A stretch of 61,838 nt of DNA, filler included, from Sphacelaria rigidula (taxonomy: Eukaryota): the NCBI GenBank assembly GCA_964200075.2. It is 11 parts of 11 records of this genome, joined end to end, with 100 filler letters (N's around TTAATTAATTAA, not from the genome) between each part and the next. Parts side by side here need not be neighbours in the genome. Positions count along the whole stretch, not along the records: positions 50,679 to 56,208 come from CAXNAA020026590.1; positions 56,309 to 61,838 come from CAXNAA020026591.1; 9 more parts are not named here. One strand, given 5' to 3'. The notes beneath the pieces are model-generated. The model was not told where the DNA came from, did not search any database, and worked only from the letters and a program-made list of their open reading frames with translations. The translations under genes and the position numbers were made by a program. This document shows, piece by piece, positions 50,579 through 61,838 of this stretch (within the stretch, counting starts at the first letter, position 1; the number at the start of each line of letters is the position of its first letter).

Positions 50579-52878
50579 NNNNNNNNNNNNNNNNNNNNNN
50601 NNNNNNNNNNNNNNNNNNNNNNTTAATTAATTAANNNNNNNNNNNNNNNNNNNNNNNNNNNNNNNNNNNNNNNNNNNNGTTTCTGGCCATTTTTCGTACC
50701 TTTCTTAGGCAAAAAACGAGAAGGTATACCTTTTCTAGGCCATTGCCCTTTATCATTTATAGGCGAGCTCAGCAACCAACCTCCAGCCCCAACGAGCCTC
50801 CAGGCGCTCTACCGGATGACACAAACTACTGAAAACGATAGCAACGCTTCTGCCCAGATTCGTAAGGCGACTTTGGTCGCTAAAGTTGTCTTGCCTTTCG
50901 CGGCTCACGGTGATCCCGTGGACGGGTGAAGTCGGAATGCAAGGGTGCACTACCCTTGCATCTCCCATACAACACGAGCTACTCCCGATGCTCGGTGGTG
51001 ATTATTGTCCACCTGACGCCGACTTCGCTTGCGACCCTGCCCCGAACGTTTTCACTCATGTGATGCCTCTGTGTAGCCGAGCTGCTCGAAGGAAAGACTA
51101 GCGGGTGCGGGATATGGCTCCCTTTTGCTCATTCGTTTCTCGTTGTAATCAACACACCACTGGAACGTTACCATTCTATATTCAGCGTGATCCACGATGT
51201 GATGTGCCATCCTGTCCGCCCCAACACAATCTTCTGTCTCCCTCAGCAACGCAAACTTTCCCGCGCAACCGCGCGCTTCGTTTACTCGCGTATGCATGAG
51301 TAAAGCTCATACTCCTAGATATACATGACGCCCCTCCTCTGACACACCCTCACCCATTCCTACACAAAATGTCAATGTTTCGGTATACTTATCCTTGAAC
51401 CTGGGCCTGCCCCAATTTCTTGTTCAACGCACCTCTGCAACCCACTCGCGCCCAACACCACCAAAAAATGCACAGCATATAATATGTAAAATGCGCAAAA
51501 AAATACCATATATACAGTATACAGAGTCTCGTGGCGTTGAGGCTGTCTCATGTACACAAGCCTATTTTTTTGCTCGCATGCATTATTCCTTCCCCTTTCG
51601 TCGCACTGCCATTTCGGAACGGAAACCTGAAATAGTTGTCATCAGACCAGTGAAAAGTGCCCCTGAAGGGGAGGTGGAGGGGGGCGACCTGCTGCGCATG
51701 TTGAAGAAACAATTTCGTTTGACACACGAAAATATGGAGAAATAGTTCACTGCATGATGTTTCGGCATCTCCACTCACCGATATACCATCTTCTGGCACA
51801 AACCCTACCGTGACTTCACCAACCCCTGAGACTGATTTGAACCCTGGTTTGTTCCCCAACTCTCGAACTGTACCTAACGTTTATCCTGTGAAGGAGGGGG
51901 GGGGGTGAATTCCCGAGAAGGCACGTAAACACTCAAAAAGGACCTGAATTACTCAACCTTATCCTACCTGCTGTGGGCAGCCATGACTGTCAAACGAAAT
52001 TGAGTACGGAGAACATAGTTGCATGGAAACCCACCTAACTAATTGTCGGTATGCAACGTCGTAGCACCTATACCAAATGAGGCGCGCGGGGGGGGGAGGG
52101 GGGGGGGGGCGGGAGGGCTTTAATGGCTGAGCAGGTTGATTAAAGATTGACTTTTACAAGAGAACAAAGCAGGCGGCGCCGTGCACATGATATGGACAGT
52201 GGTCTACACAGAGACATATCACTTTGGGCAGCCGCTTCGTTAAGCAATGACTACAACCAAACTAAGGTTTAACGCAAAACGCCTATCAAGATTCATAGGG
52301 GAGACTCCGTGCACCAATTCTAGGAGGAGAGGGGACTATGACTGTCGTTGCCGTATCTTGTACGCTGCTGCTACGAGAGAGGGCTTTCAAGATATTTTTT
52401 CTCCCTGTATCCCTGTCTACCCGGCAATAAATTGATTGAACTCAAAGGTTCTTTTGTGGCTACTCGTTTCACTCCTCGCTCTACAAAGCGGGCATCCCCT
52501 CGACACACGAGTGTACGGAGCCCGTTCAGTTCTCCCGAGCAGTTTGTTGCGCCGTAACCTACTACATGTACCGATCGGCGCTGCGTGTTGTGCCTCCGAG
52601 TAGTACAGTACTACGGTACGTGAAAGCCACCGATGTGAAACTATTTACGGCCTTCGGTTACGCCTGGGCGGTCGGTGTGAACCTGTAGGCTGCATCCATT
52701 TACAATGAACGGGGCCTGGGTTCTCCTTTTTAAAATCCAACAACCTGCATCTTGTGCTCCGTTGAGCCCCGTCCTGTCTCGGCCAGCAAGTGCGACAACA
52801 TCCTGAGCATTGAGTGAGATAACTCCGGAGTTGTCTCGATTTTCCGTCCTTCTGCAACTCGGCCGAGAGAAATCACCA

Positions 52879-53341
52879 TTAGACAGAGCGGACTGAGGAT
52901 AACGCGGCTGTGTAAGACGCGGCCGCCTTCTCGTGGGAGACCCCAGCACCCCCGTATATGTTCCGAAGATTGTCGATCTTAGCTAACGCTCGTTCACGGG
53001 ACAAAATTGATTCCTTCGAGCACGTTCGAAACGCTCTCCGCGTAGCCGAACGACTCCGAAACGGAGACAAACCACCGCAGCGATTGGGATCCTCTATACC
53101 ATGAGTCGGAGCCTTCTGGCGCCCCGCAAATGTCTCCGTCGTCGCTGCAGTGTCCCAGACGCCCAAAGAGTTTCCTCTGAGACTGCCAGTCTGTTGCTTC
53201 GAATGGCCGAGGTTGTCGAAGGTGAGGTCGTGTCGTTGTCCAGAACAGTGTCGCCTTTCCGTCTCAATTAAACGACGGCCGCCGGTGCCGCCAGCCTTTT
53301 CGTCATTGTCCTTGGCGCCGTCGTCATCGCCATCGTCGTAT

Positions 53342-53402
<61 letters not shown>

Positions 53403-53791
53403 CGTCGTCGTCGCCCTCCTCGTCCTCGTCCTTCTCCTCACCGTACGGCTTACAACTATTGCATCCCCGTCCACTATGGGACCACCGAACGCGGGCCGAT
53501 GCAGCACGCCTTTTAGTCGTAGAAGTAGGGGGCAGACTGCTCGCGGTGACGAATATGGACGTTCCTGACGGAGTCCGGTCGTCGCTGCTTCTTGACAAAG
53601 TTTCAAGCGTCTTCAGCATTATAGCAGCCGACCGTGGCGGCGAGTAGATCTGACGAGTGCGCGCTGCGGGAACTAAAATGCACCGAGATCCGTGAGATCG
53701 CAGTTTCGTGTTCCTTCTCCCTCTTTGCCGCAGTTTTCCCTTGCTGTCGACTGTTGCCGAGAAGGACGGGTCCGGGAAGGATGCCGTGGCA
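52879..53791 (-). CDS. Candidate terminal exon of a low-complexity protein with acidic and poly-Asn tracts
   Basis: Frame is open from 53823 to the stop at 52879; acceptor CTGATCCTCCGTGTACGCAG precedes 53791; (AAC)n tract is in frame. Confidence 0.45.
53341..53412. repeat. (TTG)n/(TCG)n trinucleotide microsatellite
   Basis: Directly visible. Confidence 0.95.
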
Positions 53792-54147
53792 CTGCGTACA
53801 CGGAGGATCAGATGTCGAAGAATTTATCGTTCGTGAGTGCTTCTGCAAAATGAAGTACTGTTTTCATGTCGCAGTAGCGTGTCATGTTGGATCAAGTCCC
53901 ATTAATGTAGTAGAACAAGATGGAGTGATGCCATGGTAGGGGCGCACTTTTCAGCCCAATTTGTTTCTGAGGCTACACACACTAAGGCCCATAAATTTGC
54001 CAGCGAGCGGCTCCTACAGCAAAGGGCTCCAGATACGAATTGTGCACCCCTACCGTGGCGTTGCTCAAATATTGTAGATCTTGGGGCCGACGCGTTTTCC
54101 TCTTCTTCGAGTAAGGACCGTGACATTTTTATCCTTTGCACTGACAG

Positions 54148-54283
54148 AACACCCGAACAAGAAGAGCTTATCCAGAATATATGTAGAGAATATGTATATG
54201 ATGTGCATGTAGGCATGGAGGCGACAGATTTCGCTGATTCGCACACCGCGGTTGTGATGGCGGAGGCGTATGTAAACCGTCAG
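54148..54283 (+). CDS. Candidate internal exon, unknown protein (TPEQEELIQNICREYVYDVHVGMEATDFADSHTAVVMAEAYVNRQ)
   Basis: Pyrimidine tract plus ACAG acceptor, CAG|GTACAT donor, protein-like composition. Confidence 0.35.
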
Positions 54284-57200
54284 GTACATGTTTCGTATCA
54301 GGGCAAGCAGCGTAGATCATCATAGCACGATGAATAGATGAAGGACCCAAAGGTCAAGTGGTGCGCAATGTCAGGATTGACCAGAAACAAGTCCCTCGGG
54401 ACATCTGTTGACCGACAAGTCATATGACTTGGTCGACGTCTGATGTCGTCTATGGCCGTTTGAAGCGATGTGACGCTTGGGCAAGGATGGCGTCAGTCGT
54501 CGACCAAGGAATATTGAACAATCAGATGGCCCAATCTTGTCTTCCGACTATCAGAAATTTGCGTGTTGGTTTGTCCTCTGTGCCAGCACGATGAATCACT
54601 ACAGGACACACACACACCGGGTTTGCGAAATAGACGAGGTCAATTGACGACACGCTGCTCCACCATATCTAGCTGCACGCACCTCTGCGTGTTGTCACGT
54701 ACGTCAGGCACCGACCTGAAACTGCCCGAACCCCGCTCCAACGTGGACAAGTGGTCTCGTTCGGCACTCGTGGATGGATTTTGTTTCGCACTAGTGGATC
54801 CGCCTTTCATCCCGGAATTGAGGTTAGTCTTGACAGTCGGTTCGAATAGGGACGGGAAAATGGGCACACCTTTGCGGGTCTCGACCCCGCCACCTGCTGC
54901 TTTCTATCCAGGCGGGGATCACATGGGTGGAATGGGGCACACGGACACGTCGGCGTATGAAAGAAGCGCTGTCTAGAAAGTATCATGTCGGCTGTGATTG
55001 AGGTTTGGTGAACGAACCTAGTACACACACATATTTTCACGACAACGGACAGGAGGGTGGTCGGGTGCTACTGAGGCCCTTCCCGTCCCTTGTGCGTTCG
55101 ACAAGCAAAACGATTTTCAAATTCTGGGAGGGAGCTCGAACCCTGGAGCGTCTCTACTAGCCCGCCTCGACCTCAAATAAATTACCGTATGGCGAGGAAG
55201 AGCTCACCTTTATCTTACCGACAATAAAGTACAGTGAGGGCGAAAATGCGCCACGGTCTTGCGTTATCACGTAGCCTCCATCTGATGTAGATATCCCAGG
55301 TGGACATCCATCCGAGATATCACATCCCAGATTTTGCAGGATTACGTCCCAGATACTGTAGGTACCGTCGTAGGATATGAACCCCCATCTGGGATATCCG
55401 TCTGGGATATCCAGTCATGATAGTATATCCCTCTAGGGCATACATCTGGGGCATGGGCATTCATCTGGGAATTGGTCATCCATCGCCCTCCTGTCCCCCG
55501 ACCCCCGCCCGACTGGAGGTGGTTGTGCCAGGATATACCAGCCCCAACCAGCAACCAGTCGACACAAGCACGTGTAGGAGGGAGTGACACGACCTAAAGA
55601 TTAGCATGTGTATTGTGTCAGTAGTGATGCAACACACAAACTAGCCAGTGAGTGGTCATGCGGACAGTGTTCACCTCCAGACTCAACCCTGGAGCTGCTG
55701 AGATTGTCCGTACTGGAACTCAACCCGACTCCACGGCTGTGTTACCCGAAGCTGGGGCACTGCCGCGGAAAACTCGTTGATGGAAATGAGACACGTGTGA
55801 CTGAGTACCAGATTCGGCGGAGGGGAGCTGACGGTCGGCTTGGGTTGACATGACTGCACCCTCCCCGTGAGACCAAAACGGAAGGCGCGTACAGTACCAT
55901 AATCGATGTGTCAAGGGAAAATCGGAACAGAAAAGCTTAGGCGTGAGATTTTAAGGAGGACAAAGAGTGATCCTACGATAGGGTGGGAGGAGTGTTTGAT
56001 TCCACGCGAAAAAAGGACTCATAGGTGAGTCAAACAACCTAACACACTCGCGGTGAGCTTGTATTCAACCGTTGCTGCTTTCAACGTCGCTTTGAAGTGG
56101 AATATCTTCGAAACAATGGCTCAAATCCCCCCCCCCCCCCCCCCCCCCCGCACTGCCCATATGGCGGGGCGGGCGAGAAACCAAGGAAGAAGGCAGAGGG
56201 AGAGAGAGNNNNNNNNNNNNNNNNNNNNNNNNNNNNNNNNNNNNNNNNNNNNTTAATTAATTAANNNNNNNNNNNNNNNNNNNNNNNNNNNNNNNNNNNN
56301 NNNNNNNNTAGCAAAACCTCGTAACCTGCATGACCGAAATGCTATTGTTGTTCGCTCTAGTACTCGACTTGTACAGTAGAGACATGCATGTGGACGACCA
56401 CTAAGGCAAACTATATTCCTTTTGTATCAAATTCCTCCAGGGCGGTAAACGTTTCGAGCTTCCAGAGGAACTGAACGCCTCTGGAGGGGTGCGCGGCCCT
56501 CCAAAGGATTACTTTTTTGTTGTCTCCAGAGGGAATAAACGCACCGGGACGCTTGGTTTTGCCTCCGTAGGGGTGCGCGGCCCTCCAGGCCGGTAGTGTT
56601 TGATTTCCTCCTGAGGGATTGAAGGCCTACGGAGGCTTGTCTTGCCTCTGAAGGGCCGCGCATCCCTCCGGAGGCATTTTGGGGGGTAGCCAAATGGCTG
56701 CGTGTGTAGGGGTGCCAAAGGCGGGGGGGTTGCTAGCCTACGAAAAGTGTCCGGCGTGTGTGGCGACACTCTACTAACCATCCTGAACCATCGCCCCTTT
56801 TCGTTCGTTTCTTGGGATACACTTGATTTTAGACTTCATTCTTGACAGGGAGAAATCGTGCGTGAAGGTGACGCTATTCCTATTCAGACGCCATATACAC
56901 CTCCGCACCAGTGAGACATTCCGGGGTTGATCCATATTTCCACGTGCATTTCAAGCCGACTCTCAAAACCTGCAGAAGAAATAATAGGCTGTAGTCCGAC
57001 TTTTCCTGCTGAGCGCGGCATGTGCCCTGTATCCAGTGGGTGCATTTCGGCTCAAAGCACACAACTCAAAAATGGCGAACACGCTCCGGCCTTGTAGTTA
57101 GTGTGAAGGTAATATAAAAAATAGCCGTTGGTTTGTTTTTTTCCTCCAAGGAGGATGTTAGGGGCAATATAATAGTTCTCCTGTATGCGTTCGTCGAGCA

Positions 57201-58694
57201 GGAGCATACTTGAAAGTTCATACTCTACTCGGCATGCCCTTGAACTCTACCCTACCGTCCGCGAAGCAGAAAAATTATATGTTCACCCGGGTGCATCATC
57301 GACATCTGTGCAACGTAGGAATATGGCAAGAACACTTGTGTCTGGTCAGTGCCGCAAGACCACTCTGACCATGATGACCTGGATCACACTTTCAATGCAG
57401 AGCCAGAACAAACAACGCAGAGTACAGGAGTACAGGAGTACAGTAACATGCTGTTGTACTCTCTCAGTGCCCTGTTCATCGAACGGGAGTTCCCCCCTTT
57501 TTTTCCAATCCTCTTTCTTGAAAACGATCGCTGATTGGTTGCTGCGATGTCCCCCTTGCTCCGTCTCGAAAAGGATGCGTGGTCAATGGTCAAACGACTA
57601 AGGCAAGCAACAAATGAGTACGCCCCCCCCCCAAAACAAACAAACCTCAAACGTGCCCAGAAATGCTCTGTTTTAGGGGGATTTCAGGAGGTGCAAAAAC
57701 ACTTTCTGAAACCTCCTTTTGAATAGGGGTTTTCCGGACACCATACATTTTCAGTTGACAGGGGCACACGGAAACGCTCACCGCACAACCCATCACAATC
57801 AGAGCTGAACCTGAGGAACTTGGTGACCCCGCAAACCAAGAAAACATGGCTTGAGCCGTAGCTGCTCATCACCTGCGCACGTTGTGCGTGACCCTGCTCA
57901 AATTTGGTCATAATTCATTGAAAAACGATGATTTGGGCGAGACCCACGCGCACGCTTACAAACGGTGAGCAACGGCACGTTTCCGGCTGTTTTTGACACG
58001 CACGCGGCCGCCATTCGTCCAATACAGAACGGATTTCCGTCGAACAACGACTGCCGTGTGTAGATTAGTGAGGGCTAGTGGCGAAAGCAATATGCAAGAG
58101 TGATGGGCATCTGTGCGTGTTTTTGTCGGGGCTGGGTGTGTAGGTGTTGTGTTGCCTTGTTGCGTCTTGTCCTGTGGCGTCACAGATGCCTTGGAGTAAT
58201 GGCCAGTTCCAGACCTCCCGCATTTTTTAACCTGCGTGCAGACCTGGGGTTCGATCTGTACAAAACTGCTTCTCGATAGGACTCAGGACTGGTCGTTGTG
58301 GGGCCCGTTCGATGAAGGGGCTTCATCTGTCACTACCCGTCGCGTGGCCGATTTCCTTTCGTCTACGTGTCTTCCATCCGCCAGCTCGAAAATGTAGAAG
58401 CAATTTGTACTGATTGTTTCGAATCTCAACGTTACTCGCTTACTTTTTCCCTTGTTTAGTGCACGCCGACGAATTGTGAAGGGAAGAGAGCTGCCGCGCG
58501 CTTTTTTTGTTGCGCCCAGCGGCGAAGAGAACCCCACGTACAGAGCTAAGGTTTACCGCAGTAGCAACATCATGGCGACTGTATTGTGCTCTTGTGTTCG
58601 TTAATCCTTTGGCCGCGAGGGTAGGTCACCTGCTGAATCGGCATCAATTTCAGTTGGAAATATGGGTCATCCAGATGCACTACCCGCATCACGG

Positions 58695-58997
58695 TCTGTG
58701 TTGTGTGTTGTCGTGCCATCTATTCTGGACGCCAGTCTCCACCTTTCGGTACATGTGGGCGCACCAGCCGGGGTCACGCAGGAGGAAGGTCAACACAGGA
58801 GCTTTTTATTTTTTTTTTATTTTTTTTTGGTACCCCACCTTTCTTTTGCGGTGTGTGTGTGTGTGTGTTGTCGTCCCATCTATTCTGGACACCGGTCTAC
58901 ACCGTTCGGTATATGTGGACGTATCAGCCGGGGTCATACAGGAGAAAGGTCCACACAGGAGTTTTTTTTAATTGTTTTTACTACCCCACCTGCCTTC
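58695..58997 (-). repeat. Two tandem ~155-bp units, probably the SINE 3' body/tail ending in CA-rich sequence
   Basis: GTGTTGTCGT(G/C)CCATCTATTCTGGAC...ACACAGGAG...TACCCCACCT occurs twice. Confidence 0.75.
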
Positions 58998-59640
58998 TGC
59001 GGTGCTTGCTTTTATTTTTATCGCGAGTAGGGTTCAGCAACCCCTTTCCCTCGTCGACCGTCAAGTCGAATTTTGTGTACCCACGACATGAACGCTCTCC
59101 ACTGTTGGGCATGGTGTGAGAAAAAACCCACATCTCTCCGAGAATTGAACTCACGACCTTACCGTCAGAAGGTTTCGAGGTTATCAACTGAGCCATTGGG
59201 GCGACCGGTTGCGGTGCTTGCCTTTGTTTTTATCGCGAGGGGGGTTCAACATTCCCTTTCCCTCGTCGACCGTCAAGTCGAATTTTCTGTACTCACGACA
59301 TCGTCGCTCTCCACTGTGGGCACGGTGTAAGAAAAGATTCCAGATCGCTCCGAGAATTGAACCCACGACCCAACCGTCCGAATGTTTCGAGGTTACCAAC
59401 TGAGCCACCGGGGCGACCGATTGCGGTGCTTGTCTTCATCTTTTTATCGCGAGTGGGGTTCAACATTCCCTTTCCCTCGTCGACCGTTAAGTCGGATTTT
59501 GTGTACCCACGACATAGATAGTCGCTCTCCGCATTGTTGGGCATGGTGTAAGAAAAAATCCTAGATCGCTCCGAGAATTGAACCCACGACCCAACCGTCA
59601 GAAGGTTTCGAGGTTACCAACTGAGCCACCGGGGCGACCG
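58998..59640 (-). mobile_element. Three head-to-tail tRNA-derived SINE head modules (58998-59207, ~59208-59419, ~59420-59640)
   Basis: Minus strand begins CGGTCGCCCCGGTGGCTCAGTTGG (A box) and has G(G/A)GTTCAATTCTCGG (B box); no canonical tRNA acceptor stem seen. Confidence 0.8.
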
Positions 59641-61079
59641 GTATGTCTAATAAGTGTTAATCGTATTGCGTCCATCGGTATTGCCATGATCACCGTGGCG
59701 TCTCTTCAGCACAATGGGCGATATCGCATAGACAGGACGGTACACACGTGACAGTGTAGATGGGCGATAGACAATAGATCCTATACTGTACGCAGTATAT
59801 TTTTTGGGCAGTGTAATCTATTGTCCAGGGTGCGGTAGAGAGACCGAAGTCCAACTACAATACACAGGACAGTACACAACTGTACAATACAGGGCATGCA
59901 GTGTCTTCTTCTCTTACCCCTTCGCCCGCTGCGTTCTTCGCTCCGTCCATGGGTACCTCTAAAGAATCAGATTCCATGAAACCTCCGAAGAGCGTGATCT
60001 CTTTCTGCCGCCAGCTCTAAAATGTATCTTCTTCACCGCTAGGATGTCACCTGGGTCTTGTGCTCATTTTTCAAGTGAAAACTATGCCAAAACAACGGAT
60101 AACCACACCCTGGACAAAATATTCCACTGTCAGTAAGTGTACTGGGTACAGTATCGACTATTATGTCTGTTGCAATAAACAATAGATTCCATACTGTGCA
60201 CAGTGCATTTTTTTACAATGGAATCTTTCGTCCAGGGTGTGCAGAGAACCCGCCCCGCGGGTGACACGTGATCCATGCTCTTTCGAACGCACGATGAATG
60301 CGATAGAGATGGCGTGGCGAACATGGCGATATCGAGGTATAATGCAGCATAGCTGTGCAGTGGTCTGTCGCGCGATGAGAGAGGGCAACATGATGTTACT
60401 GTCCAATTGTACTACTCCATGTAACTCTGGGTTGGTTGTGGTGGCTCCGATTTTGAGTGTAAAAGCGCCACCCACGCCACCACGGTTGGGATGTCCTGTG
60501 TTCTGTGAATCCGGTGCTCCTGTGAGCCACATGTTTATCTCGAAAGTTCATCCGCTCAGGGGTACGCGTGGAGAAATCCGGTAAACGACCTGATGTTTCT
60601 GTTCGTATATCGCTTGTTTGGAACAGTAAACATGAACACTGTGCATGACTGTAATGTGAGGAAGGGGTAAATGACCGTTACTTCCATGGCACGGGCTTGC
60701 TTAACCCCGAAGCAGGAGGGGGGTTTGTTATTTCTGCTTTGTCGCTCGAGAAAATCGTGGGCGTGAGAGTCGGTCGTGCTGTGTGTTGTACCGTGTTGGG
60801 CTCTACAAATGACCACCTTTCTCGCGCAGTTCATGAATACTCTGCGGTGTCGCGTGTGCAGTGGAGCAGCGCGTTTCTTTGGTAAGTCCCCACATATGAA
60901 CAACTTGCCCGCAACAGTCGTACAGTAGTAACGAAGTAGTCCTATTTCTCTCATGGCACGGGTTTGTTTTTTCTACTCTACCCCCCGTTGCCCCAGAGAA
61001 TCCCAAAAGAGAGGCGTGGGGGTGGGTGTTTTACCGTGTGACGATGAACAGGTGGTGCACTATTATACAGTGTTTACAA

Positions 61080-61503
61080 AACTGCTGCACTGACTCTCTG
61101 TCCGCTTTCTCGGGGAAACGCTTCAACTCTCCCTTTTCCGCGCTCTTGCAGCAGTACCGTGACGCTGATCATCCAATCCCGTAAGGGATGTCAGCAAGCT
61201 GGTTAAGTTCGCTTTGTATGCAGCAATTACCCTTCCTGTGCTGTAGTTTTGGCTTGTACATGAAGCAGGAGGCAGGGAGGGGTTGGTGGGTTGCAAAAAC
61301 ACGTGAAAACCTCGTCCGGGGGCCAGGATGAGCCACAACAGCCAAGGTGTGCCTATTATATAATGCTGTTCATACCGCAGTCCCACTACCGTACATATGA
61401 AACTACTGCACTGACTCTCTGTCCGCTTCCTCGAGGGAACGCTTCAACTCTCCTCTGGAAAGGATGTCAGCAAGGTGGTTAAGTTTGCTTCGTATGCGGC
61501 AAT
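61080..61503. repeat. Direct repeat pair (~61080-61228 and ~61401-61503)
   Basis: ACTGCACTGACTCTCTGTCCGCTT...AACGCTTCAACTCTCC...GGATGTCAGCAAG.TGGTTAAGTT occurs twice. Confidence 0.7.
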
Positions 61504-61838
61504 GTTTGTTAGGTGAAAACTTGATAGTGGAGGTACTGTTCACGCTTTCGTCCCTCAGTGCTCTCGCCATACCACGGATCATGTAATCCTGCAGGGAGCT
61601 ACTGTACCCTGATGATCCGAAGAAGGAAGGAGCTACTACACTGTACATGCTGTACTGTACAGTATAGTGCTACTCTTGCTTCCTCTCTCAGTAAAACACT
61701 GGAGTACTGTGCACGGGTGCATTTCGTCGTTTCGGTGCTGTACAGACGACGGGGTTTTCAACTTCCATGGGGGGGGGGGGGCGTACTCATTTGTTGCTTG
61801 CCTTAGTCATTTGACCATTGACCACGCATCCCTTTCGA

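Noticed and set aside
59560..59640. Functional tRNA gene
   Set aside because: A and B boxes are present, but there is no proper acceptor stem, and it is embedded in a triplicated 210-bp unit, so it is a SINE head.

Overview
Eukaryotic, repeat-rich DNA, most likely from a brown alga. This is inferred from the EsV-1-7 repeat protein, the short GT-AG exons and the stramenopile-like LTR elements. The window is not one locus. It is 11 contigs of 5531 bp (the first eight) or 5530 bp (the last three), joined by ten artificial 100-bp spacers (N44-TTAATTAATTAA-N44), so nothing can be concluded from adjacency across spacers. Coding content: a large intronless EsV-1-7 (C-x4-C-x16-C-x2-H) tandem-repeat ORF with 16 units of 38 aa that runs into a gap, two exons of a THOC6-like WD40 gene, and several isolated candidate exons. 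Mobile content: a decayed Ty1/copia element, a decayed Ty3/gypsy element, a second gypsy-like gag fragment, many non-autonomous TIR elements (hAT-, PIF/Harbinger-, piggyBac- and possibly Tc1-like), and a tandem tRNA-derived SINE cluster, plus satellites and microsatellites. The most interesting candidates are the EsV-1-7 array (variable polar/basic residues at fixed repeat positions, with recent unit shuffling), a strongly structured ~240-nt segment next to a poly(T) tract, and the modular SINE array. All family calls come from motif recognition by eye; no database search was run.
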